DNA from: Nitrososphaerota archaeon | Lineage (GTDB): Archaea > Thermoproteota > Nitrososphaeria_A > Caldarchaeales > Calditenuaceae | Assembly (NCBI GenBank): GCA_041641295.1 | Contig: JBEPYO010000001.1 | Location: 384,001-448,000, forward strand | Length of the DNA stretch: 64,000 bases | Direction of reading: 5' to 3' | In this document: one piece after another, positions 49,571-60,763 of the stretch | Layout: each line of letters opens with the position of its first letter | How positions within the stretch are numbered: the stretch's first letter is position 1 | Position numbers and translations under genes: made by a program | Notes under the pieces: model-generated | What the model saw: only the letters and a program-made list of their open reading frames with translations | Told to the model about the DNA's origin: nothing | Databases searched by the model: none

Positions 49571-51079
49571 ATGCTCAGGCGTGATTTTATGTGGGGTTTT
49601 TCCGAGGCGGGCTTCCAGTTTGAGATGGGCTACAGCGATGCGGCGATAGATAGGGGAACCGACTGGTATGTCTGGGTTACGGACCCGTTTAACATAATGA
49701 ATAGGGTTGTCAGCGGAGATAGGCCTGAGGATGGGCCGGGCTACTGGGATCTCTACAAGCAGGATCATAAACTGATAGCGGAGCTTGGAGCGAACACGAT
49801 GAGGATTGGGATAGAGTGGAGCAGAATCTTCCCAAAAACAACCCACGAAGTCAAGGCAAAATCAACAATCGAGAACGGAATAGTGAAGGATGTCGAGATA
49901 CCTGCAGAGAGTGAGGGGGAGCTTGAAAGGCTGGCCAACATGGATGCACTCAACCACTACCGCGAGATGATAAGGGATATGAAGGACAGGGGCTTCAAGG
50001 TAATAGTAAACCTAAACCATTTCACACTACCGATTTGGGTTCACGACCCGCTCCGAGCAAGGGCTTCAGCCCTCAGGGAGGGGCCATTGGGCTGGGTGGA
50101 TACTGCCAATGTTGTGGAGTTTGTGAAATATGCACACTTCGTAGGCTCTAAGCTCGCCGACCTTGTTGACATGTGGAGCACCTTCAACGAGCCATATGTT
50201 GTCTCAGATATTGGCTATGGCCGCTACCCGTCCGAGTATGCCTTCCCGCCCGGATTCTTCAGCATCGAGGGACTGACCAAAGCGCGGCTAAACCTGCTAA
50301 TGGCACACGCCCGAGGATACGATGAATTGAAGAAGGTCCTAGGGAAAAACTCGCAAGTAGGAATAATCTATGCGACATCAGCAGTCGAGCCATTCAACAA
50401 GGACAGCGACGCCGACAAGGCCGCCGCCGAAAAGATGAACCATTTCTCCAACCTCTGGTTCTTCGAGACACTGAGTAGGGGAGAGTTAGACCGCTCGATG
50501 CTCGGTCTACAACCTGCAGAGAAGGTACCAGAACTCAAGGACAAGTTCGACTGGATAGGAGTAAACTACTATTCGCGACTTGTGGTGAGGGCTTCGGCGA
50601 TACCGGGCCTCCCCCTGCCATGGACCGTTGTTCCCGGGTATGGGTTTGCCTGTGAGCCGGCCTCGTTCTCGCTGGCTGGGAGGCCTACCTCAGAGTTTGG
50701 TTGGGAAATCTACCCAGAGGGTCTTCGGAACGTCTTACTCATGCTTCAGAGATATGGGAAGCCCATGATAGTAACTGAGAACGGAACGGCCGACAGGTAT
50801 GACAGGATTAGGCCACAGTTCCTGTTCTCCCACATAGCTGCGGTGGAAGATGCCGTCAAGAATGGGGCGGATGTCAGAGGGTATCTGCACTGGAGCTACA
50901 TAGACAACTTTGAGTGGGCACGCGGGTTCGCTATGAGGTTCGGCGTAATCACCTACGACTCCTCTACTAAGAAGAGGAGGCCACGCCCATCATACTATAT
51001 TCTACGCGACATAATACAGCAAAATGGCTTGGACGAGAAGATGCGAGACACTGCAGAGCTACTCTATACTCCTCGCTGA
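49571..51079 (+). CDS. GH1 beta-glycosidase (LacS/CelB-like)
   Basis: GFQFEMG, IEWSRIFP, TFNEP, VTENG, DNFEW. Confidence 0.95.
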   Translation: MLRRDFMWGFSEAGFQFEMGYSDAAIDRGTDWYVWVTDPFNIMNRVVSGDRPEDGPGYWDLYKQDHKLIAELGANTMRIGIEWSRIFPKTTHEVKAKSTIENGIVKDVEIPAESEGELERLANMDALNHYREMIRDMKDRGFKVIVNLNHFTLPIWVHDPLRARASALREGPLGWVDTANVVEFVKYAHFVGSKLADLVDMWSTFNEPYVVSDIGYGRYPSEYAFPPGFFSIEGLTKARLNLLMAHARGYDELKKVLGKNSQVGIIYATSAVEPFNKDSDADKAAAEKMNHFSNLWFFETLSRGELDRSMLGLQPAEKVPELKDKFDWIGVNYYSRLVVRASAIPGLPLPWTVVPGYGFACEPASFSLAGRPTSEFGWEIYPEGLRNVLLMLQRYGKPMIVTENGTADRYDRIRPQFLFSHIAAVEDAVKNGADVRGYLHWSYIDNFEWARGFAMRFGVITYDSSTKKRRPRPSYYILRDIIQQNGLDEKMRDTAELLYTPR

Positions 51080-51420
51080 CCAAGAACACCCACCTCAACG
51101 GATTTTTACAGAGCTCGTCGCTTGCTTAGCCGATATTATCCGATTTTATGGATAATGGCTACTAGGTTCCAAACATTCACCGACTGGGAGGATAATCCTA
51201 GTATTGCTTTAGTCTCAGGTGTTATCCCTTCCATCCTTGCTTGTCTCTCGCCTAGAAGCGCTGGAAAAACTGCCGCAGCCCCCTAACCTCCTCCAGCACC
51301 TCGTGAGATATCTTAATCGACAGAGCCTGAGTTCCTTTCAAGAGTCGTCTAATCTGAAACTCTAATGCGTCGAGAGGGGCTGTATTTTGGGAGGGTGGAA
51401 CCCTGTCTACCGTTACTTTG

Positions 51421-51819
51421 CTATCTGTAGCTCTTTTGCTTGAAGCGTCGTGCTGACCGCCTGTTGGGTTTTTTCGGCTCTGTCCTTCTGGGGTCGCCGA
51501 CGAGCAGGTGTCTATCAAGTGATATTATCTTCTCTTTTAGGGCTGCGCTGGCTGCTGCCATTGCGCGGGCGATAGCCATTGCGCAGGCCTCGGCCTGGCC
51601 CATGACCCCTCCTCCCCTGACCTTTATCAGGAAGTCGTGTTTCTTCGCGAATTTCTCGTCGAGCCTCAGAGGCGCTAGTATCTTTTCCCGGGCAAGGGAG
51701 TTGGGTAGGTGGTCTAGGAGCATGCCGTTTATAAATATCCTGCCTGTCCCCGGCCTAAGAAGTAGCCTCGCCTTCGCCTCTTTCCTGAAGCCTGTGAATA
51801 TTGTCTCGGCCTTGACCAT
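51421..51819 (-). CDS. rps9: 30S ribosomal protein S9
   Basis: GGGVMGQAEA, D..LLVGDPRRTEPKK, QKSYR. Confidence 0.96.
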   Translation of the reverse strand: MVKAETIFTGFRKEAKARLLLRPGTGRIFINGMLLDHLPNSLAREKILAPLRLDEKFAKKHDFLIKVRGGGVMGQAEACAMAIARAMAAASAALKEKIISLDRHLLVGDPRRTEPKKPNRRSARRFKQKSYR

Positions 51820-51878
51820 TCTCTGCTAAGAGGATTGTTTGGGGCCCCAACTTATATAGATTCGTCGCTTATGTTCTG

Positions 51879-52301
51879 TTGGTTTTGGCTGAGCCAGGTT
51901 GGGATGAGCGTGTTGAGGCATGGCTCTCAAAACAGACCCGCATCTTACAGGATATTTTCCCTGCGCGGAGAGCCTCGATAAGGGAGCTTCTAGGCCAGCC
52001 GAGACCCTACGTGGAGACTAGAGGTGGGGGGCGGCACTATTTTTCCAGAAGAGATCTGGAGGAGGCTGCTTCGAAGCTGCCCGCCGAGCTCTTGGATGCT
52101 CCCATCTTTCCAATTGTCTTCGCTAGGGGTGAGGCCGAGGACCTATACCTAGTTAGGGGGGCGGAGGCGGCGGCCGCGTTTGCGAAGCTCTCGGATCTCA
52201 GAGGTTTGGACCGCCTTCCTACGGGCGAGTTCTACACGTATAAGTCGCTTGTCCTACACTTCTTATCGAGATATCCGTCTCTGGGAATAATTACTGGATA
52301 G
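51879..52301 (+). CDS. DUF61/UPF0216-like protein
   Basis: P.RR.S..ELL....P....R.G..HYF pattern. Confidence 0.6.
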   Translation: MVLAEPGWDERVEAWLSKQTRILQDIFPARRASIRELLGQPRPYVETRGGGRHYFSRRDLEEAASKLPAELLDAPIFPIVFARGEAEDLYLVRGAEAAAAFAKLSDLRGLDRLPTGEFYTYKSLVLHFLSRYPSLGIITG

Positions 52302-52319
52302 TTTGGTGGAGGCTGTCTT

Positions 52320-53258
52320 TCAGCGGTAGTCTTCGTGCCTGACTATGTTTAGTGGCTTCTCGCCTTTCAGATATCTTACAACATTTTCGACGGCCTGCCG
52401 CAGCATCTCTTCATAGGTTTCCCTGGAGCTGGCCGCCCCAGCTACCCAAGGCGTGGAGAGGGTGTTAGGGAGTGAGTATACGTCAGAGTCCTCTGATGGG
52501 CTTCGAATATTCCACCAGACATCGTTCGCGAATATGAATGAGGGGTTCTCCTTGAGGAATCTCACTAGGTCCTCCTTGACCACTATGGGCGCTCTACCCA
52601 CGTTTACTAGTATCCCGTCACGCTTCATGAGGCACAATCTCTCATAAGTTATGAGGCCGCGGGTGTGCTTGGTGAGGGGCAGGGCTATTACGGCGTAGTC
52701 GCACCCCTTCAACGCCTCGTCGATCCTCTCAGGAGGGTAGAACTCGTCTACTACAGCCCCACTCCTGAGAGACCTACCGTAGCCCACAACATGCATCTTG
52801 AACGCCTTAGCAATCTCAGCCACCCTAGTGCCGATCGCACCGAGCCCGAGAATGCATATTCTTCGCCCGTGAAGCATTTTCGACTCTCCTACAACTTCAA
52901 AGTTTCCACCCCTAACCCGCTGGTCAAAGAAAGTTATGCGTTTCGCAGCAGCTAACAGCAGTGCGAACGCGTGCTCCGCGACTGCGTCCGCGTTTGACCC
53001 CACATTGCTAGCCACGGTCACGTCCTCTCGTATGTGGCTCCAGGGAAGGGAGTCAACACCTGCATAGACACACTGTATGAATCGCAGATTCTTCATGGCA
53101 TCGAGATCCTGCCCCGTGACGGGCCCGCAGAGCAAGACGGTCACGCGGCTTAGGTCTGGTGCGCCACCCTCCCCCACCTCGTACACTTCGGCATAGTCCT
53201 CGATCATGCGTCTGAGTTCCGGCTTCAGCTTAACCGTGCTGTACACCACCTGTTTCAA
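52320..53258 (-). CDS. D-isomer-specific 2-hydroxyacid dehydrogenase
   Basis: AGVD, AVAEHA, GLGAIG, LPLT, NVGR, DVWW, TPWVAG. Confidence 0.9.
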   Translation of the reverse strand: MKQVVYSTVKLKPELRRMIEDYAEVYEVGEGGAPDLSRVTVLLCGPVTGQDLDAMKNLRFIQCVYAGVDSLPWSHIREDVTVASNVGSNADAVAEHAFALLLAAAKRITFFDQRVRGGNFEVVGESKMLHGRRICILGLGAIGTRVAEIAKAFKMHVVGYGRSLRSGAVVDEFYPPERIDEALKGCDYAVIALPLTKHTRGLITYERLCLMKRDGILVNVGRAPIVVKEDLVRFLKENPSFIFANDVWWNIRSPSEDSDVYSLPNTLSTPWVAGAASSRETYEEMLRQAVENVVRYLKGEKPLNIVRHEDYR

Positions 53259-53324
53259 TTCGAGGGACTAGGAATAGCCGGCCGTGATATATTTAATCCT
53301 AGACTAGTGGCTGATCTTTTCTCC

Positions 53325-53396
53325 CGGGCCCGGTGGGATTCGAACCCACGACCTTCCGGTTAACAGCCGGGCGCTCTACCACTGAGCTACGGGCCC
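53325..53396 (-). tRNA. tRNA-Asn(GTT), intronless, CCA not encoded
   Basis: GGGCCCG TAGCTCAGTGGTAGAGCG CCCGG CTGTTAA CCGGA AGGTC GTGGG TTCGAAT CCCAC CGGGCCC G cloverleaf. Confidence 0.96.
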
Positions 53397-53435
53397 AAGG
53401 AACGTCCGCTGGTGGTGTTATATTTACCTAACATG

Positions 53436-54668
53436 CTATGTCAATCCCTTCTCGGCCAAGTAGAGCTTCGCTATGTTTCGGGCGACTGTTGATTTTCTGG
53501 CCTTTGATATCGGGTAGATTTTTCCTGACCGTCCGACTACTGTCACCTCGTTGAATGCTGAGGCGAAGCCGATGTCCCTGCGGGAGACGTCGTTGACAAC
53601 GACCATCAGTGGGTTTAGATGGGATAGGCTCTCTACAACCTTCGCCAAGCCTTCGCCTAGCCCGTAGGCTGCCTTGAAAGGTATAATCTCGATCTCTGGG
53701 AACTTCTTCCTGACTGAATCGAGTATCTTGGGTGTCGCCTCAAGTTCTAAGACAATCTTGGGGTGGGTGGCGGTCTCGATCTTCTCGTCGATTGTGCGGA
53801 CTGGTTTGTAGTCTGCTACGGCCGCTGCCGAGAAGAATGCTTCTGCCCCTTCCGCCTCTTCTAAGACAGCCTTCTCCATCTCTTTGCTCGACTCGACTCT
53901 TCTGACCTTGAGGCCTGTGGGAGGTTCGATGTGTGTGGGGCCCAGCACCAGAGAGACCTCGCCTCCAAGCATCCGCAGACTTCTAGCCATCTCGATGCCC
54001 ATCAACCCGCTACTAGGGTTTGAGATGTAGCGAACCCTGTCAATGTATTCTCGAGTAGGCCCGGCGCTCACTACGAAGCGCCTACCCTTTAATGGCTTGG
54101 GAGAAAGATGGTAGATAACCTCGTCAACTATGTGCGTCTCGGGGGCCAGCTTGGCCTTTGACTCCTCCACCACCGGCTCAACTACCCCAACCCCCATTTC
54201 TTTTAGACGTCTAAGCGATTCCACCACAGCTGGATTATTCGTCATGGAGGCGTGCATCGCTGGCGCAACCACGACCGGAATCCTAGACCCGAGCGCGGCG
54301 GAGCATACAAGTGTGACTGGATTGTCTGAGACTCCCAGACTCATTTTGACGAGGGTGTTCGCGGTGGCCGGTGCGACTAACACTAGGTCCACCCGTCCCT
54401 TCCCCTCTGTAAGCTCGACGTGCTCCACACGGCCACCTATCTCGACTATGGGAGTGTTTCCAGTGGCCCACTCCATTAGTTGGGGGTTTAGCAGTTTAGA
54501 AGCGTCAGGTGTCATTACTGGAATGACGTCGGCGCCGTGCCTGATTAGGGCCCTCGCGATGTCTGGAGCCCTGTATACTGAGATGCTCCCAGTTAGACAG
54601 TGGGCTATACGCAGGCCCGAAAGCTCGTCTCCCCATGACCCTCGAATCGAATCGCCCGACTCACTCAT
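53436..54668 (-). CDS. coaBC: Bifunctional phosphopantothenoylcysteine decarboxylase/ligase
   Basis: TGSI, APATANT, PAMH, AGPTRE.ID.VRYISN.SSG.MG, AAVADY. Confidence 0.95.
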   Translation of the reverse strand: MSESGDSIRGSWGDELSGLRIAHCLTGSISVYRAPDIARALIRHGADVIPVMTPDASKLLNPQLMEWATGNTPIVEIGGRVEHVELTEGKGRVDLVLVAPATANTLVKMSLGVSDNPVTLVCSAALGSRIPVVVAPAMHASMTNNPAVVESLRRLKEMGVGVVEPVVEESKAKLAPETHIVDEVIYHLSPKPLKGRRFVVSAGPTREYIDRVRYISNPSSGLMGIEMARSLRMLGGEVSLVLGPTHIEPPTGLKVRRVESSKEMEKAVLEEAEGAEAFFSAAAVADYKPVRTIDEKIETATHPKIVLELEATPKILDSVRKKFPEIEIIPFKAAYGLGEGLAKVVESLSHLNPLMVVVNDVSRRDIGFASAFNEVTVVGRSGKIYPISKARKSTVARNIAKLYLAEKGLT

Positions 54669-54711
54669 CCATAAGACAATGGTCGTGGAACTCTAAATAT
54701 CCTCTTCTCAG

Positions 54712-55311
54712 CTATCTCTTGGCGGTTTTGAGAAAGTTTTCCAGTATTTTGTGCCCCTCCTCCGTCATTATTGACTCTGGGTGGAATTGGACGCCGTAGA
54801 TTGGATACTTCCTGTGCTCTAGGGCCATTATCTCGGCGTCGTCTAGGGCGACGGCCGTGATCTCCAAGGCTTCTGGGAGCGGGGGCTTGACAGCCAGTGA
54901 ATGGTAGCGGGCGACTCGGAGTGGGTTCTTAACGGCTTCGAAGATTCCCGAGCCGCTATGCCGCACCATACTCACCTTCCCGTGCATCAGCCTAGAAGCC
55001 CTTTCTACCCGCCCTCCAAAGACACAGACAATCCCCTGATGCCCAAGGCACACTCCCAGAACTGGGCGCTCCTTACCCATCTCCAAGATAATGTCGCCTG
55101 AGACGCCGAAGAACCTCCTATCAGCTGGATGGCCTGGCCCGGGTGATATGATGATCGCATCGGGGTCGAGTTTGAAGGCCTCCTCGAGGGTCAGCTTATT
55201 GTTTCTGAAGACTATTGGGTATGAGCCCAGCTCTCCGAGATACTGGACTATATTGTAGACAAATGAGTCGAAGTTATCTATCACCAGCACCTTTAGCACC
55301 ATCACCCTCAC
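54712..55311 (-). CDS. trpG: Anthranilate synthase component II (glutamine amidotransferase)
   Basis: IDNFDSF, SPGPG, GVCLGHQ, RYHSL, QFHPES. Confidence 0.9.
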   Translation of the reverse strand: MRVMVLKVLVIDNFDSFVYNIVQYLGELGSYPIVFRNNKLTLEEAFKLDPDAIIISPGPGHPADRRFFGVSGDIILEMGKERPVLGVCLGHQGIVCVFGGRVERASRLMHGKVSMVRHSGSGIFEAVKNPLRVARYHSLAVKPPLPEALEITAVALDDAEIMALEHRKYPIYGVQFHPESIMTEEGHKILENFLKTAKR

Positions 55312-56672
55312 CTCGCCATCGCTGAGAGAAGTGCAGCCGCCTTATGCTCCGTCTCATACCACTCTGCCTCAGGCTTACTGTCTGCAACCACCCCCATACC
55401 CACCTGAATACTCGCCCTCGTGCCAGAGTGGCCTAGAAGCGTCCTAATGGTTATAGCGAAATCAGCACTGCCGTTGAAGGAAATATATCCTACACAGCCC
55501 GCATAGGGTCCACGCCTCACAGGCTCAAGCTCATCAATTATCTCGATGGCCCTGAGCTTAGGAGCGCCAGTCACGGTCCCGGCGGGGAAGGTGGCCTCGA
55601 GGGCGTCTATTGCGCTCAAGCCAAGCTTTAGTTCTCCAACTACGTGGGAGACGAGGTGCTGGACATGGCTGTACCTATGCACCTCCATCAGCGAGGCAAC
55701 CCTCACGGTCCCATACCTGCAGACCCGGCCAAGATCGTTACGCGCCAAGTCAACCAGCATTACATGCTCGGCCAGCTCCTTCTCGTCTCTCCTAAGCTCC
55801 TCCATCAATCTATCATCCTCTTCTGCACGCCCAGTCATCGGCCTGGTACCCGCAATCGGAAATGTCTCAACCCGAGACCCCTCGACCCTAACCAGCATCT
55901 CAGGACTAGTCCCAACAATCCACCTATCATCCAGCCTAAACACATACATGTATGGTGAAGGGTTAATCCGCCTCAACTCCCTATAGTATCCCAGATAACT
56001 CCCCGCCACCTCTACGTCAATCCTCCTAGAAGGGACGACCTGGAGAACATCCCCAGCAGCAATATACTCCTTCGCCCTAACCACCATCTCCTCGAACTCC
56101 TCCTTCGAAATGCTTGACCTAACGCTGACGGCACGTAGAGGCTCCTCATCCCCCTCATCCCTCACCAACCTTTTGACCTCCTCCCACTCTGCGCTCGGAT
56201 CACGGCCATAGATGTATGCCTCATTCATCCGGTGGTCGAATATAATACCCCGGTCGTAGATCCCGAACTCCATCTCTGGAAAGTCGTGTCCCGCCTTCTC
56301 TCTGAACTGGATATCCTCCCAGTATTTCACAGTCTCGAAGGAGACATATCCAACGGCCCCGCCTAGAAACCTGAATCTGTTCTCTCTATTCTTGGAGCTT
56401 AGAACGAGCTCTCCAAGAATCCGAATCGGGTTTTCAGCGTCTACCCTGAGCCTCACACCCTCCAACTTATCGAAAACCTCAAGCACACCATCCTCGACGA
56501 CTAGAGTCGCGACTGGATCCCAGCCAATAAAGGAAAATTCGGCCAACTTTCTCGGCCCGGAAACAGACTCTAGCAGATAGGTGCGCTCATATTCTTTTGA
56601 CAGTGCGCTGAAGATTTTGAAGGGTTGATAGCTGCAATCTATCTTCTCTACCTCAATATTCCGCTGACTTAT
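55308..56672 (-). CDS. trpE: Anthranilate synthase component I
   Basis: LLES (upstream of track start), GGAVGY, NPSPYM, SPE, PIAGT, EHVMLVDLARND, GAPK; start codon appears non-canonical (ATA 56672 or ATT 56657). Confidence 0.88.
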   Translation of the reverse strand: MSQRNIEVEKIDCSYQPFKIFSALSKEYERTYLLESVSGPRKLAEFSFIGWDPVATLVVEDGVLEVFDKLEGVRLRVDAENPIRILGELVLSSKNRENRFRFLGGAVGYVSFETVKYWEDIQFREKAGHDFPEMEFGIYDRGIIFDHRMNEAYIYGRDPSAEWEEVKRLVRDEGDEEPLRAVSVRSSISKEEFEEMVVRAKEYIAAGDVLQVVPSRRIDVEVAGSYLGYYRELRRINPSPYMYVFRLDDRWIVGTSPEMLVRVEGSRVETFPIAGTRPMTGRAEEDDRLMEELRRDEKELAEHVMLVDLARNDLGRVCRYGTVRVASLMEVHRYSHVQHLVSHVVGELKLGLSAIDALEATFPAGTVTGAPKLRAIEIIDELEPVRRGPYAGCVGYISFNGSADFAITIRTLLGHSGTRASIQVGMGVVADSKPEAEWYETEHKAAALLSAMAR

Positions 56673-56835
56673 CGCCTCTGCAAGGCCAAACTAAACCCCC
56701 TCTACTCAACCCTCGCAGACACCAGCCCCCATCGGCTATTTAATCCTTCACCACCCCCACGCGTGGAAAAGCCATACCGCAAGGCCAGACAGCGCTAAAA
56801 TAGTGGCTTAAAACATATCGTGGTTGGGATAAGAT

Positions 56836-57231
56836 TTGAGCAGGCCAGCCGAGCTTGGATCAATCAAGGAGGGCAGCAACATCGTAATTGATGGCGAGCC
56901 GTGCCGCGTGGTCGAGGTTGAGAAGTCTAAGACAGGGAAGCACGGGTCGGCAAAGGTTAGGGTGGTGGCCATAGGCATTTTCGACGGCGTCAAACGGAAC
57001 ATAGTTGGCCCTTCGGACCAGAGGGTCGAGATACCGATAATCGAGAAGAGGTCGGGGCAGGTCGTAACGGTGGGCGAGGTGGTCTCGGTGATGGATAAAG
57101 ACACCCTAGAAATAGTCGAGATACCGCTTCCAGCAGAGGAGGAGCTGAGGGCAAAGCTCGAGCCTGGAGCCAATGTCGAGTACTGGGTCGTCCTTAATAG
57201 AAAGATGATAAGTCAGGTACGTAAAGAGTAG
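56836..57231 (+). CDS. Translation factor aIF-5A
   Basis: SKTGKHGSAK hypusine motif. Confidence 0.97.
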   Translation: MSRPAELGSIKEGSNIVIDGEPCRVVEVEKSKTGKHGSAKVRVVAIGIFDGVKRNIVGPSDQRVEIPIIEKRSGQVVTVGEVVSVMDKDTLEIVEIPLPAEEELRAKLEPGANVEYWVVLNRKMISQVRKE

Positions 57232-57331
57232 TATGCACTTTGTATGATGAGAATAGTAATTGATATTTAAGCTTTTCTACAACATTAAGCATAACTATTT
57301 ATACTACTGAAAATACACTATATTCCGCAGT

Positions 57332-57946
57332 ATGACAGCCGCAACATACAAACCCCATACAACACGCAAAGCAGCGCTGACAGGCCTCGAGACAGCGATA
57401 ATACTGATCAGCTTCGTCATCGTAGCAGCTGCCTTCTCGTTCGCCGTCTTAAACCTCGGACTCTTCACTACACAGAAAAGTGGAGAGGTGGTCCAAGCTG
57501 GAATCGACGAGGCAACCTCGGCGATAGAGACGGTAGGCTCGGTGATAGCTAGGAGCGACCTTAACTCAGGGAGCAGGCAGGTGGCTAACGTTACAATATT
57601 CTTCAAGGTTGCTGTAGGGAAGAGGCCTATTGACTTGCGGGTCGGCTCTCTCGTGGTAACCTATCACGACCCGAGGACAAGCATCGAGAACGTATACACG
57701 AGCAATGCAACCGCACCTGTGATATCCTTCAGCTCCCCCGGCGTCATCGTAAAGCAGATTGTAGGTGATGGGGACCATCTGATCGAGTTTGGAGAGCTCT
57801 GGTCGATAACTGTCGGTATCAGTGAGATGCAGTCTCTACAACCGACGGAGGTCTTCACTATTCAGTTGAAGCCGGTGATTGGCTCTGTGCTTAAGGTTGA
57901 GAGGAGGTTGCCGCCGTCCCTAGACCCGGTCATGGACTTGGCATAA
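57332..57946 (+). CDS. flaB: Archaellin (FlaB/ArlB)
   Basis: Class III signal RKA-ALTGLETAIILISFVIVAAAFSFAVL; GDGD.LIE.GE; C-terminal VMDL. Confidence 0.9.
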   Translation: MTAATYKPHTTRKAALTGLETAIILISFVIVAAAFSFAVLNLGLFTTQKSGEVVQAGIDEATSAIETVGSVIARSDLNSGSRQVANVTIFFKVAVGKRPIDLRVGSLVVTYHDPRTSIENVYTSNATAPVISFSSPGVIVKQIVGDGDHLIEFGELWSITVGISEMQSLQPTEVFTIQLKPVIGSVLKVERRLPPSLDPVMDLA

Positions 57947-57982
57947 GAAACGATAATCTAACCGAGTACCTCCACACTCCAC

Positions 57983-58891
57983 CTATTTTTTGCCTTTATA
58001 CCACTCAACGTATTTTTTCACTATAGACTCGAGGCTGGTTCTGGGCATCCACCCAAGTATCTGTCTCGCATTAGCTATGTCGGCCCAGCTCATCAGGGGT
58101 TCGTGCTGTGAAAGCTCCTCCAGCAATATCTCCGCCCCACTACACGTCTCCCTGAGGACTAGTTCCGCCAAATCCCTTACGCTAACAGGCTTACCACACC
58201 CGATATTCAGCTTGTAGACGCCGGGCTCGAGGAAGAGTGCTTTGACGGTCGCATCAGCCACATCCCCGACATAGATGAAGTCTCTTGATGCGGGGACGAA
58301 CTCGCCCCCGATCCATCGGCCCCTGACTACTAGCGGCCTTCCATCCACAGCGTTTTCTACGAATATCTTCAGGACGTTTCGGCCACCCTCTCCAAGCACG
58401 TTGAAGTATCGTAGGATTGTCGCGTCGGTGCCGAAGCTCGCGTGGTAGTTTTGGGAGAGGAGTTCACAACAGAGTTTGCTGAGGCCGTATGGGTTCGTAG
58501 GTCTGACCTCTGCGTCCTCTCTAAGAGGAGGGGGAGCGTCTCCATAGACAGCTGCACTCGAGGCGAGCACAACCTTCTCCACTCCCAAGCGCCTCGCAGC
58601 CTCGAGGACGTTCAGGTGCACGGTGAAGTTGTTTTGGAGATACTTCTGTGGATGAAGCAGTGATTCGTGTACGTCGATGTATGCTGCAAGGTTCACCACA
58701 CCTCTAACCCCGCGCATGGCCTCTAGGACTGTGGAGAATTCCGCGGCGTCTCCCCTAACGATCTCCACACCCTCCGGCAAGTGTCCACCAGCTTCAGCCT
58801 TATCCAGGACCCGAACACCCTCGCCCATAGAAGCCAGGGACTCGACAACCCGCCTGCCGATATAGCCGAGACCACCTACGACAAGTATCAA
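57983..58891 (-). CDS. NAD-dependent nucleotide-sugar epimerase/dehydratase
   Basis: GGLGYIG, SSAAVYG, YGLSK, RYFNV, RDFIYV. Confidence 0.92.
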   Translation of the reverse strand: MILVVGGLGYIGRRVVESLASMGEGVRVLDKAEAGGHLPEGVEIVRGDAAEFSTVLEAMRGVRGVVNLAAYIDVHESLLHPQKYLQNNFTVHLNVLEAARRLGVEKVVLASSAAVYGDAPPPLREDAEVRPTNPYGLSKLCCELLSQNYHASFGTDATILRYFNVLGEGGRNVLKIFVENAVDGRPLVVRGRWIGGEFVPASRDFIYVGDVADATVKALFLEPGVYKLNIGCGKPVSVRDLAELVLRETCSGAEILLEELSQHEPLMSWADIANARQILGWMPRTSLESIVKKYVEWYKGKK

Positions 58892-58944
58892 TCAACAGAG
58901 GTGAGCGCGGAGGCATCAATATAATTATCAGCACGCTCCCAGCC

Positions 58945-58960
58945 TGCAAAGACTTATAAG
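58945..58960 (+). promoter_or_regulatory. Putative BRE/TATA promoter of the 16S transcript
   Basis: gcaaagacTTATAAg about 25 nt upstream of a GC-rich structured leader beginning near 58983. Confidence 0.6.
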
Positions 58961-59068
58961 TAGCCCATCTACACATACACTTGGGCCAGGGCTCATAGGC
59001 GGCGCCACCGCCAAGGCAGGTGTAAAACACCTCAGCGATGAGGCGGTGACATCCGGCTCTGGCTATAA

Positions 59069-60682
<1,614 letters not shown>

Positions 60683-60691
60683 CATTTTTCT
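60683..60691 (+). terminator. T-tract terminator after the 16S precursor
   Basis: caTTTTTCT immediately after the 3' arm of the processing stem. Confidence 0.55.
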
Positions 60692-60763
60692 AAATACATT
60701 CCACAGATAGGCTTCTCTCTAAGCCTGTATACGATTACGATCACAATATTGTGATTAAGCCCG

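Noticed and set aside
51080-51420. 340-bp gap with ORF-like text (EVLEEVRGL), possible pseudogene remnant
   Set aside because: Multiple stops, no convincing start or family motif.
57241-57316. Possible C/D box sRNA (ATGATGA ... CTGA)
   Set aside because: Spacing is long, no clear D'/C' boxes, and the AT-rich guides match nothing obvious; better explained as the archaellin promoter.
58983-59063. GC-rich structured segment resembling a tRNA or 5S rRNA
   Set aside because: No T-loop/anticodon arm or 5S motifs; position fits the 16S 5' leader.
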